Assembly (NCBI GenBank): GCA_963735415.1
Contig: CAVTLB010000034.1
Coordinates: 127-64,126, forward strand
Direction: 5' to 3'
Source: an uncultured Actinomycetota bacterium
Lineage (GTDB): Bacteria > Actinomycetota > Actinomycetes > Streptosporangiales > Streptosporangiaceae
Length of the DNA stretch: 64,000 bases
Positions within the stretch are counted from its first letter, which is position 1. The number at the start of each line of letters is the position of its first letter. Of this stretch, positions 23,708-34,800 are shown in pieces. Below the pieces are notes generated by a model. That model did not search any database, had not been told where the DNA came from, and was given only the letters and a program-made list of their open reading frames with translations. Made by a program: the position numbers and the translations under genes.

Positions 23708-23748
23708 GCCGCCGCGCCACCCGGGCAGGACCCGGGTGGCGCGGCGGC
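23708..23748. terminator. Hairpin terminator between convergent genes
   Basis: 18-bp perfect stem GCCGCCGCGCCACCCGGG with a 5-nt loop. Confidence 0.75.
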
Positions 23749-23787
23749 CGCCCAGCGGCCCGGCTAGGATGAAGCTGGCTCACTCAT

Positions 23788-24339
23788 CTACGCCGGTTCG
23801 GCGAATCTCGCCATGTATCCGTTGCTGACGATATCCACTGCGGCCGCCGCATACCATGCTGGATCTTCAGGCAGGGTAGTCGCGAGCCCGTCGACATAGC
23901 GGTTATACATGCAGAACGCGGCAGCGATGAGAACCGTGTCATGGATCTCCCGATCATCCGCGCCCGCTTCGCGAGCGGCCGCGACGTCCTGATCAGAGAC
24001 GTTCTTGCCGCCCCGCTGGACTGCCGCGGCAATCCGGAGCAGCGCCTTGAGCTTAGGGCTGATTGGGGCGCTGTCCGGATCCGCCCGTACCTGATCGACC
24101 AGCGTAATGCCGCTAGGCAGCTGAGCGGCGGCGAATGCCCCGTGTATGCTGGTGCAATAGGTAGTGTTATTGAGCCACGAAACGTAGGAGGCAATCAATT
24201 CACGCTCCCCGCGGGTCAGCGTGTTTGGACCCCGGAGCAGTACTTCTACCAGTTCGCACAGCGGCCGAGCCGTCTCCGGCCGGTATTCGAACAGGGACCT
24301 AATCCCGGGTGAGTCATTACCTAGCCCGATGTGGGGCAT
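23788..24339 (-). CDS. AhpD/carboxymuconolactone-decarboxylase-family protein (copy 2, TxxC)
   Basis: ERELIASYVS, TTYCTSIH, DTVLIAAAFCMYNRYVDGL. Confidence 0.88.
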   Translation of the reverse strand: MPHIGLGNDSPGIRSLFEYRPETARPLCELVEVLLRGPNTLTRGERELIASYVSWLNNTTYCTSIHGAFAAAQLPSGITLVDQVRADPDSAPISPKLKALLRIAAAVQRGGKNVSDQDVAAAREAGADDREIHDTVLIAAAFCMYNRYVDGLATTLPEDPAWYAAAAVDIVSNGYMARFAEPA

Positions 24340-24466
24340 TGCTCTGCTCCTTGGGTTCTTTTTGCAGACTCTGGCGAGGAAACGCGCAGCTAGATTTTAA
24401 GCCATGCGGCAATTGCCATCAACCCTCAGCGGGAACCCCGGTCACGTGGGGCCGCGTCGGGCTGGT

Positions 24467-25009
24467 CTAGCCGGCCAGTGCGGCGTAGCCGCCGTTCACG
24501 ATCGCTTCCGCCGCTGCCGCGTAGCCGGCCGGGTCGTCGGGAAGGGTCGTCGCGAGGCCGTCGACGTAGCGGTTGAACATGCAGAACGCGGCGGCGATGA
24601 GCACCGTGTCGTGGACCTCCTGGTCGCTGGCGCCGGCTTCGCGGGCCGCCTCGACGTCCTGCGCGCGCACGTTCTTCCCGCCCCGCTGCACGGCGGCGGC
24701 GATCGCGAGCAGGGCGCTTAGCCTCGCCGGGACCGGGGCGGCGCGGAGATCGGCGCGGACATGATCAACCAGCGCCATCCCCTCGGGCAGCTGGGCGGCG
24801 GCGAACGCCGCGTGCGAGTCGCTGCAGAAGCGGCAGTCGTTGAGCTCGGAAACGTAGGCGGCGATCAGCTCCCGTTCCCCGGGGGCCAGCGACCCCGGCC
24901 CGCGAAGCAGCGCCTCGGCCAGGCCGCACAGCGGCTTAGCCGTTTCCGGCCGGTAAATCAGCAACGACACGATACCGGGCGCATCGCTGCCCAGGCTTAT
25001 ATGAGGCAT
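24467..25009 (-). CDS. AhpD/carboxymuconolactone-decarboxylase-family peroxidase-related protein (copy 1, CxxC)
   Basis: ERELIAAYVS, CRFCSDSH, FCMFNRYVDGL. Confidence 0.9.
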   Translation of the reverse strand: MPHISLGSDAPGIVSLLIYRPETAKPLCGLAEALLRGPGSLAPGERELIAAYVSELNDCRFCSDSHAAFAAAQLPEGMALVDHVRADLRAAPVPARLSALLAIAAAVQRGGKNVRAQDVEAAREAGASDQEVHDTVLIAAAFCMFNRYVDGLATTLPDDPAGYAAAAEAIVNGGYAALAG

Positions 25010-25172
25010 GGTCTCGCTTCTCCCTAGCTCCGGGCTGCCGCGTCCGTATCAGCGTTGCTCCCGAGTGACAGCCGCGCGCCGTCTGCAGCGACGGAAGGTG
25101 TCTCAGGTGTGGGTTGGGCGCCGTCATCAGGGAGACGGGCGCTCTTGTGGCCCGGATCACGATCAAACCGGT

Positions 25173-25202
25173 CCATATCAGCGTTATATAACGCTGATAT
25201 GG
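25173..25202. promoter_or_regulatory. 30-bp perfect palindrome, probable TetR operator
   Basis: CCATATCAGCGTTAT/ATAACGCTGATATGG between the divergent AhpD and TetR genes; half-site TATCAGCGTT at 25047. Confidence 0.75.
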
Positions 25203-25235
25203 CGAAGTGAAGCACCCCTGTGGGAGGATGTCAAT

Positions 25236-25889
25236 ATGAGCCCGCGCCCGGCAGACCCGGAACTTCCCGCGGCCCTCATCGAGACGGCCGCCCGGCTGCT
25301 CGCCGAGGAGGGGCCGGGCGCCTTGTCCACCCGCCGCCTCGCGGCCGAGGCCGGCACCTCCACGATGGCCGTGTACACGTACTTCGGCGGAATGGACGAC
25401 CTGGTCCGCGCGATGGTCCGCGAGGGCTTCACCATGCTCAACGACCGGATGAGCGCGGTAGCCGAAACCGAAGACCCGGCCTCGGACGTGGCGGCCCTCG
25501 GCCTGGCCTACCGGCGCAACGCCCTGGAGCACCGCCACCTGTACGGCGTCATGTTCGGCGGCTCCAGCCTCGCCGGCTTCCGGCTCACCGACGAGGACCG
25601 CCAGCACGGCCGCTACACCCTGGAAATCCTCGTCAAGACGGTCGCCCGGGGCATGGCCGCCGGGCGGTTCACCGCCGGCGACGCCGAACTGGTCGCGCAC
25701 CAGATGTGGATCGCCGTCCACGGCCTGGTCACCCTGGAGCTCGGCGGCTACCTGCCCGCCCCCTACGACGCCGACACCTGCTTCGACGCCCAGGTCCGCA
25801 GCCTGCTCATCGGCGCCGGCGACGAAATCACCGCCGCCACCCAGGCCGTAGCGGCATCACGCACACGACCAGACGTCCAGCCACTTTGA
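25236..25889 (+). CDS. TetR/AcrR-family regulator (WHG-type C-domain)
   Basis: GGAGG RBS, LSTRRLAAEAGTSTMAVYTYFGG, MWIAVHGLVTLE. Confidence 0.9.
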   Translation: MSPRPADPELPAALIETAARLLAEEGPGALSTRRLAAEAGTSTMAVYTYFGGMDDLVRAMVREGFTMLNDRMSAVAETEDPASDVAALGLAYRRNALEHRHLYGVMFGGSSLAGFRLTDEDRQHGRYTLEILVKTVARGMAAGRFTAGDAELVAHQMWIAVHGLVTLELGGYLPAPYDADTCFDAQVRSLLIGAGDEITAATQAVAASRTRPDVQPL

Positions 25890-25919
25890 CCTTGGCGATG
25901 TCGGCGTCGTCGGAGGTGA

Positions 25920-27062
25920 GCACAGCGCGCGAAGAGCTTCCGTGACGAGATCGACGCCGGCAAGCGCGTCCGGTACGGCACCGGGCTGAAGAAGGCGCAG
26001 GACTTCCAGCTGGAGCTGACCCGGGGCAAGCGCGCCCAGGGCAAGACCTACGTGGACCCGGCAGCGGGCAACGAGCTGTTCGGCCCGGCGTGCGAGGCCT
26101 TCATCATGTCGCCCGCGCTGAACGCCAGCCCCGATTCCCGCGCCCGGTACATGTCCAACTACCGCTCCAACGTCAAGGCCCTGTTCGCGCACCGCACGCT
26201 AGCCCAGATGTGCACCCAGGCCGCAGCCGACGAGGTGACCGAGCTCCTGAATGTCACCATGGCGGGCAGGAGCGACCCGCAGCGCCGGCAGGCCCGGATG
26301 ATCATCACCGGCACCATGGACGCCGCCGCCAAGGCGGAGAAGATCGGCCGCCACAAGCTCGCGGGCATCAAGCTGACCGAGGGCACCAAGGCCCCGGCCG
26401 AGGCGACGATGACGACGACGAGGCCGGCGGGTTCGTGTTCATCGATGACGCCACGGTCGGCAAGCTCGCCGCAGGCATCACCGTCACCGGCCAGGCCGGC
26501 CGGACGCGGACGCTGGCAGGCGTGGGAGTCGCCGCGTGGATACAGCGCACGATGGGACTGCGGATCAGGGAGGCCCTAGGGGTGGAGAAGGCCGACTTCA
26601 AGGAGAAGCGGAACGGGGAACGCTACCTGAAGCTCCGCAGCCAGGCCAGCAGGGACGGCCGCAGCCGGGTGCCGCTGAAGCACCGCAAGGAAGGCCAGGG
26701 CCGCAACGTCCCCGTCCCGGACTACGTGTGGGACATGGTGCAGGCCCTGCCGGACGGCCCGCTGTGCCCCGGCCCCACCACCCGGTACATGAAGTACAAC
26801 ACCGCATGGGACCGGTTCCGCGCCATCACCGGGGCCCTGAAGATCGACGGGTACACCACCCACTCACTACGGCACCAGTTCGCCAGCGAGGCCCTCGACG
26901 ACGGCATGAACATCGTGGACCTGTCCGCCGTGCTAGGCCACGCGGACTCGTCCGTGACGCTGCGGACCTACGTGCACGCGATGCCCGACGCCGAGCAGCG
27001 CACCCGCGCCCTGATGAACGCCCGCTGGACCGCCAAGCCGGCGCTCGAAGGCCGCCGCGTAG
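25920..27062 (+). pseudogene. Tyrosine recombinase/integrase, 5'-truncated and frameshifted near 26400
   Basis: GLRIREAL, HSLRHQFAS and LGHADSSVTLRTYVH carry the R..HxxR..H..Y catalytic set. The frame opens after a TGA at 25917 with no clear start. Confidence 0.8.
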
Positions 27063-27324
27063 GCCAGCGCCCGAGACCACCAGGACCATACTGCCAGCAG
27101 CCGGAAGCAGGAGGCAGCAAGGGCACCAGGACCACGACCGCCAGCCGTCAAGGCCTCCGCCGGCACCGCGACCGGCGGGGCAGGGACGGAAGGTGCCTGG
27201 CCGCCATCCCGCTAGCCGCGCGCCGAGCCGCGCGAGCCCGATCAGGGACCCAAGCCAGCGGGCCGCCGGCCCGACGTCGCAGGCGCGCACGTGAACCGAG
27301 CCCGTGGCCATACAGCCAGCCCCG

Positions 27325-27645
27325 CTAGCCGGCCGAGTTCCCGCCCCGGCGCGCCCTGCCTCGCTCCCTGCCCCCAACGACCGCGCCAGCCACCGCGATC
27401 ACGGCGCCCGTCAGTGTCACCAGCAGCGTCACCCGGTCCAGCGCAAGTTCCCGGCCATACGACCACCCGCGAACCCTGGCGAACGTGTTGACAAGCCCGG
27501 AACTGTCCGAGACCAGCAGCCCGACCGCCATCCACCGCCAGGAGGCCCCGCCCCGACGCCGCAAGACGCCGGCAAAGTCCAGCACCAGCGCCGCCAGGAT
27601 CACCAGCCAGCCAGCCGTAAGAACGATAAGCGCAACAAGTCCCAT
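27325..27645 (-). CDS. Small hypothetical membrane protein
   Basis: 106 aa with three hydrophobic stretches; AAGGGG before the ATG. Confidence 0.45.
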   Translation of the reverse strand: MGLVALIVLTAGWLVILAALVLDFAGVLRRRGGASWRWMAVGLLVSDSSGLVNTFARVRGWSYGRELALDRVTLLVTLTGAVIAVAGAVVGGRERGRARRGGNSAG

Positions 27646-28080
27646 GATCCCCTTGCCAGCCTGCTTCCCTCGCCCCGGCCGCCCGGGGCGAGGACATGCT
27701 CACTTCCACCCCGCCCCCCACAACAGCCCCCAATCGCGGCAACCCCGGGCACGCCACCCGGGCGGCGCGCTCGCGGCAAAAGACCACCCGCAAGAAATGG
27801 CGCGCTGCGCGCCCTCACCCCAAAAGACGGACGACCCTCGATCGACCCCGACCCCGACCACGCGCCGTCCCGCGACGATTCCGCGGGTCCAAAACCGGGC
27901 ACCGCGGAATCCCTCCCCATTCCCCGGAAAAACCGCGCCCCCGCACAGCCGTCGCACGGACCCCCGCACACGCGCCCTACCCGACCCGACACCGGCCAGC
28001 CCGCGCGTATGGGCGAGCAACGCCCCGCAGTGCCCCGCTGCGGACTGAGATGGATCCCAGAGAAAGGAGGTGATCCCACG

Positions 28081-28182
28081 ATGAGCGCGTTCCTCCGCTT
28101 CTTCTGGCAGATCTGGCAGGGCCTGCCCGGGACAGGCGACCCCGGCAACCGCCACGACAAGGGAGGCGCAGTCACGCGATAA
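28081..28182 (+). CDS. 33-aa small peptide MSAFLRFFWQIWQGLPGTGDPGNRHDKGGAVTR
   Basis: Preceded by an extended Shine-Dalgarno, AGAAAGGAGGTGATC; GC-rich third positions. Confidence 0.55.
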   Translation: MSAFLRFFWQIWQGLPGTGDPGNRHDKGGAVTR

Positions 28183-28398
28183 AGCCCCCCGGGTGCCACC
28201 AGCCCCGCGCCCCGCCCTAGACGGACGTGAAGTCAAGGTCTTTCATGGCCCATTTACACAGAGTGTTCTGGCGGGACGCGCGACCACGGCCGAACAAAGC
28301 ATCGGCCCGCGCCGTGCGGGCCTGCCACAGGCCATCGTCACGTCAACGGCCAGGGCAAAGGCAAGGTCACAGGCCAAGGCAAAGGCACCGGCTCCTAT

Positions 28399-28432
28399 CG
28401 GGGTTGGGTGAGAAGTGCGCTCACCCAACCCC
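28399..28432. terminator. Hairpin
   Basis: GGGGTTGGGTGAG-N7-CTCACCCAACCCC. Confidence 0.5.
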
Positions 28433-28697
28433 GGCCCCCATCCTGGGGCCTCCCGGGCGCCCCGGGTCAAGGGTGACGCGCAGCGCCATCGCCGCAGGCG
28501 ACGCGACCAAGGGAGCGCCCTTGACGCGGGACGGACGGCCCCCGGACAATCGGGAGCCGGATCAGGGGGACCCACGCCAGCGCCACCTCCACCCCGGCGA
28601 CACCGCGGTAGTCCAGGGCGTCAACCATGCATGCGGCTTGTCATCAGTCCCCCATTCCGTCCCCCAGCGAGCCCGCAACGGGCTCCGCGTCCGGCAG

Positions 28698-28753
28698 TTG
28701 CCACCCGCATGCCCCTCTGATGCCCCTCTGATGCCCCGCCGCATGGTCAGGAT
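28698..28753 (+). promoter_or_regulatory. SARP-type box array 1 (ATGCCCC, 11-bp period) upstream of the RHS gene
   Basis: ATGCCCCTCTG-ATGCCCCTCTG-ATGCCCC (28709-28737), then 10 nt and a -10-like CAGGAT. Confidence 0.75.
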
Positions 28754-28831
28754 GGTCGCAGGACCCGGCAGGGCGTGAAGGTCCCCGGGCAGCGACGCTA
28801 GCCATGGCCGCCGTAGGGATGGAGTACGCTC

Positions 28832-31800
28832 ATGCGCCTTCACAGGGTGCTGTCCTGCCTCGTAGCGGTCCTTCTCGCCGCAGGGATCATTACGGCGGTG
28901 ATAACGTCCTCCTCGGTCCCGCGCCCGGTAGTGCCCGTTCAGCAGTCCGGCACGGCGGCGGGATTCCCGCACCGGACGTCCGCGGCGGCCGACCTCGGGC
29001 GGGTCGAGGACGGCCGTGTCGTCTCCGCGGCCTCTGGCGCTGGCACGCGGCGTCCGGGGCCGGTGCCGGAAGGCATCACCCCGGCGCGCGAGGTGCCCGG
29101 CGCGGTCGGGCCCGCGAAGAAGCCGAAACCGCTGAAGTTCCCCGTCCAGGGCGAGACTTCCGAGGCACTGCGAGTCCTGCCAGCACCCGCGGCACGGAAT
29201 CCGCAGGGGTACAACCCGAAGACCAGCAGGAAACTGCCCCTGAGCGGCGCGGACGAAGTGACGTACGCGAACGCGGACGGAACGAAGACGTCGTTCACGT
29301 ACACGACCCCGGTGAGCTATCGTTCGCCGGGCGGGACGTGGACACCGATCAGCACCATCCTGGTGCCGGCCGCGCCCTGGCGCCCCGGCTAGCCCCGCGA
29401 TTCCGTCAGCCACTTCCTCCTCGCCCGCGGGGTGGACGCAGCAGTCAGAGGCGGCACCGGAGTCGTTCGCGGCGGACGCGGCCGCGGGAGACCTGGTGTC
29501 CGTCCCGGTCGGGGGCGGCTACCTCGTGTCGTTCGGCATCGGCGGCGCCGCGCCGGTGACGGGCGTGGCGTCGGGCAGCACTGTCACCTATGACGGCGCC
29601 CGGCCTGAATCGTCGGTTGCCTTCACCGCCGGGACCGGGATGGTGAAGGAAAGCATCGTGCTCGCGTCGCCATCGGCCCCGACGACGTGGGTGTTCCCCC
29701 TCCGCCTGACGGGGCTGCACGCCCAGATGGGGCCGGGCGGGATCGTCGAGTTCGCGAACCCGGCCGGGAAAGTCCTCGCGTACGTGCCCCGGGGTTTCAT
29801 GACGGACTCCCACGTCAACCCCCGTTCCGGTTCCGGAGCCACCTCCTACGGGGTGACGTATTCGCTGGTCACAGCGGGCGGGCGGCAGGCGCTCACGATG
29901 ACGCTTGACAAGGCCTGGCTGTACAGCAAGTCGCGTGCCTATCCGGTCACGGTTGACCCGTCGGTCAGCGCCGTGAGCGCCAATGGCAGCACCTACGTGC
30001 AGTACCCCGAGAGCGGCGACTTCTCCGGCGCCACCGAGCTGCACGTCGGCACCTACGACGGCGGCAGCGACTACGCGAAGTCCTTCATCGCGTTCGGCAA
30101 TGTCGCCTCGCAGCTGAAGAACGACACCGTCCTCGGCGCCTGGCTGGGCATCTTCAACACGTGGTCCTACAGTTGCTCGCCGCGTCCGGTGTACGTGTAC
30201 CCGGTGACATCGTCGTGGCCGGTGAGCGGGGCCAAGTCGTGGCCGGGACCGTCGACGGGCGCCGCGATCGGCCGGGCGTCGTTCGCGACCGGCTGGGTGC
30301 CGCTCGGATCGACCTCGTCGCCCTGCCCGGCCAGCTGGGAGGGCATCAACCTGGACCAGGCGGGCACCAGCCTGGTCAATGGCTGGACGCACGGGACCAT
30401 CGCCGACAACGGGCTGGCGATCGGGGCATCGGACTCCGACAGCTACTCCTGGAAGAAGTTCTGGTCTGACGCTAACCCGCAGGCCCAGCCGTTCCTCAGC
30501 GTGACCTACACGACGGACGGCGCCAGCTACAAGCTGGCCTCCCGCCGCCCGGTCACCGAGGTCACGCCAAGCAAGAACGGCACGATCGCGGTCCGGGTGA
30601 CCAACACCGGATCGAGCACGTGGACCCCCAGCAACGGGTACGAGCTGTCGTATCGCGCCTACAACGCCAAGGGCCAGCTGGTCGCCAACCACCCGGTGTT
30701 CACGCCGGTGCCGTCGACGGTCGCGCCCGGACAGGCCGTGACGGTCAACGCCACGGTGGACTCCCTGCCGGCCGGCTCGTACGTGATCGACTTCGACATG
30801 TACTCCGGGGCAACCGGGTCCTCGCCGGCCTCGTTCTCCGCCAACTACATCCCGCCGTTCCCCATCGGGCTATACGTGCCGGAGCCGGCGCCGCTGGTCA
30901 GTAACGTGTACCCGCCAACCGGCTACGTCTCCCCGACGCTGCGGCAGCAGCTGTCGACGTCGGCGACCGGGTCCGGGACCCTGAGTTACGACTTCACGAT
31001 GACCTGCGAGCCGCTGGCCGGGCAGACGTGCGTGGACTCGTCGGTGACCTCGGGCACGATCTCCACCCCGTACTGGACGCCGCCGGCGGCGGACCTGGAC
31101 TGGAACACGCCGTACCAATGGCAGGTGGTGGTGACCGTCACCTCCGGCTCCGTCTCCAACAAGACGACGATCAGCGGAATCGGCATCGAGGCCCAGGTGC
31201 CGCAGCCGGCCGTCACCTCCAACATCGGGGGCGCCTCCCCGACGGCGTACAACCCGCTGTCGGGGAACTACACCACCAGCGCGACCGACGCGGCGGTCAA
31301 GTCGACGGGGCCGCCGCTGGAGATCGGCCGGACGTACAACAGCATGAACCCGGCCACGTCGGGCGCGTTCGGCGCCGGCTGGTCGTCAGCGGTCGACGCC
31401 TCGCTGCGAAGCGACGGGCCGACGGTGGCGATTACCCAGCCGGACGGGCGTCAGGTGCGGTTCGGGCAGAACGGGGACGGCTCCTACGCCGCGCCGATGG
31501 GCGACCCGGACGCGCTGGTGAAGAGCTCGTCGGGGTGGACGCTGCGCGACCCGTCGGGGACCAGGTACGCGTTCACCACGGCCGGGCTGGTCTCGTCGGT
31601 CACGGACGTGAACGGGTACGCGCAGGACTACACGGACAACTCATCGAACCAGGTGACGACGATCACCGACGTGGTCTCCGGGCGCACCCTGACGCTGGCC
31701 TGGTCAACGCCGCCGGGCGCCAGTCACCCGCACGTGGCCTCGGTGACCACCCAGGCGCCTGCCTCGGGCGTGCCCGGGTACACGTGGTCCTACAGCTACA

Positions 31801-34800
31801 CCGGTGACGAGCTCACGCAGGCCTGCGCCCCCGCCGTCACGGGGAGCGGATGCACGGCGTACTCCTACGGGCCGGGGTCGCACTTCATGCCCGCCGTGCT
31901 CGACGCGGGACCGCGGGACTACTGGCAGCTGGGGGAGGCCAGCGGCGCGGCGACCACGGCGGACGAGGTGGACGTCAACCTGGGCACCACGGACGGCACG
32001 TACCACAACGTGGCCCTCGGCGTCGCCGGCCCGCTGGCGGGGAGCAGCGAGACCGCGGGATCGTTCAACGGGTCGAGCTCGTACGTGTCGCTGCCGAACG
32101 ACCTGATCACGGACAGCACGGACGTGTCGGTGGGGCTGTGGTTCAAGGCGGCCTCGTCGTCGGCCGACGGGGTGCTGTTCTCCTACGACACCGATGCGGT
32201 CACCAACTCCTCTGGCTCGTCCGCGCACCACGTGCCGCTGCTGTACATCGGGACCAACGGGGAGCTGTACGGGGAGTTCCACAACGGGTCGACGGCGCCG
32301 GTCCACACCTCCACGTCCGTAGCGGACGGGAAGTGGCATTACGCGGTGATCACCGCGTCCAGTACCACGCAGTCGCTGTACCTGGACGGGGCCCAGGTCG
32401 GGTCCCCGCTCAGCGGCCAGGTCAGCCAGCTGGACATGGCGGTGGACACGGTCGGGGCCGGCTTCTGGAACGGGTGGCCCGGGGGTAGCTCCGCCACCTC
32501 CACCGCCGCCTCGTACTTCAACGGGGACATCGGGCAGGTCGCGGTGTACCCGCAGCCGCTGCCGGCGGCGACGGTCGCCGCGCAGTACGCCATCGCCACG
32601 GCGGCGTCGCCCGAACTGACGCAGGTCACGCTTCCGTCAGGAAAGACCAGCGAGTCGGCCAGCTACGATCCGGCGACCGGCCGGGTTGCCAGCTACACCG
32701 ATCCGCACGGCGGGCAGGCGACGATCAGCCAGCCGATCGCGACCGGGTACCGTCCCACCGCCGACAGCCTCGGCCAGGTGATAGACACCGTGACGGTTTC
32801 CGACCCGGCACGGCGCCAGGAGACCTACGAGTACGACATGCTCGACGGCGGCCGCCCCGTCTCCTACGGCAACGGCGCGGACCCGCCGGAGGACTACGGC
32901 TACGACGCGGCCGGGTACCTCACATCGGTCGTCGACCCGGACGGCAGCCTGACCTGCTTCACCAACGACCTGCACGGGAACATGCTGACGCGCACGTGGT
33001 ACCCGGTCGAGCCGGCGTCGCTACCGGGCGGGGGCGTTGGCGCTAACCCGTCCGCGTGCGGGGGATCGACGGCGTCGAGCGCGGACTGCACGATGTCCGG
33101 CGCGCCGTGCACCTCGTTCTACGGCTACTCCACCTACAACGCGGCGAACCCGCTTGCCCCGACCAATGACAAGCTGACGTCGGTACGGGACGGCCGGTCG
33201 GCCTCGGCTACCAGCGGCACGTACCAGACGCAGTACTCCTACAACACGATCGGCCAGCTCACGTCGGAGACGACACCGGCGACTACTGACTTCCCGGCCG
33301 GGAGGACCACCCGGTACGCGTACTCGGTCGGCACCGAGGCCGCGGCGAACGGCGGGACGATCCCGGCCGGCCTGCTGCTGTCGGTGACGACGCCCGGCGG
33401 CGCGAAGACGTCGTACTCCTACGACTCCAACGGTGACCTGGCGCAGGTAACCAAGCCGTCGGGCCAGTACACGCAGTACACCTATGACGCGCTCGGCCGC
33501 CCGCTGACGAGCACGGTGTACACGTCGACGTATCCCGTCGGGCGAGACGACTACCTACACGTACACGCCGACCGGACAGCAGGCCACGGTCACGTACCCC
33601 GGGGTCGCGGAACGCGGTCACGCACGTCACCCACCGGCTGGAAGAGACCTACGCCTACGACGCCGACAACAACGTCCTGACGAGGACCCAGTCGGACCTC
33701 ACTGGCGGGGACGCGGCCCGGACGACGACCTACACCTATAACGACCACGACGAGATCGCCACGGTCACCCAGCCGGCCGGGGCGACGACCGGCGGCTCGT
33801 CGCAGGCCAACGGCGCCTCCAGCGCGAACCCCCAGGGCGCGACGACGGGATACGACTACGACGCGTTCGGCAACGTCACACAGGTCACCGATCCCAACGG
33901 CAACCAGTACCGGTACACCTACAACGAGTACAACGAAAAGACGCAGGAGGTCCTCTACACCCCGAACACGAGCGCGGCGAGTTCCGCCGCCACGTGCTCC
34001 TCGCCCGCCACGCAGGACCCGGACGGCGGCTGCGACCTGGTGCTGAACGCCTACACCTACGACCCGGCGGGCCTGCTGGCGGCGACGACGGACGCACTGG
34101 GCCGGATCACCAACGACACCTACGACCACGACCAGGAGCTGATCGAGACCTCGGTGACGCAACCATGCTCAACGTCGGCGCCGTGCACGTCGATGCGCCC
34201 GTGCACGCCGACCGCGCAGTGCACGTCGGGGTCGGTGGGCACGATGACCGTCTACACCTACGACGGCGCCGGCGACCTGGCGTCCCAGGCGGTGTCCGCC
34301 ACTCACGGCGGTTCCGCGGGGGCCACGACCACCACGGACTACACCTACGACGCCGCGAAGCGGCTGACCACCGAGGTCGACGACGCGACACCGCCGGGCG
34401 CGTCCGGCTCCGGGTACCTGAACCGGACCATCGCTTACACCTACGACGCGGACAACCACAGGCTGTCGGTGACGACGGGCACCGGGAGCGCGCTGGACGT
34501 CACCGACTACGGCTACGACACGGCCGGGGACATGACCAGCCAGACGGTGCGGGACGGGTCTACCAGCCTGGAGACCACCTGGACGTATGACCAGAACGGG
34601 CTGCCGCTGTCGAAGACCACGCCCGCCGGGAACGCGTCGGGGGCCACCGCGGCCGGCTACACCACCAATTACACGTACGACCCGAGCGGGAACCTAGGCA
34701 CCGAGACCGGCCCGCCGGTCCAGACCTCGACGTTCGCCTCGCAGACGGCAACGTCCACGCGGCCGCTGACGACATACGGATATGACACCTTCGGTGACCA

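Noticed and set aside
25890-25920. tRNA or att site next to the integrase
   Set aside because: No cloverleaf, T-loop motif or duplicated core recognised.
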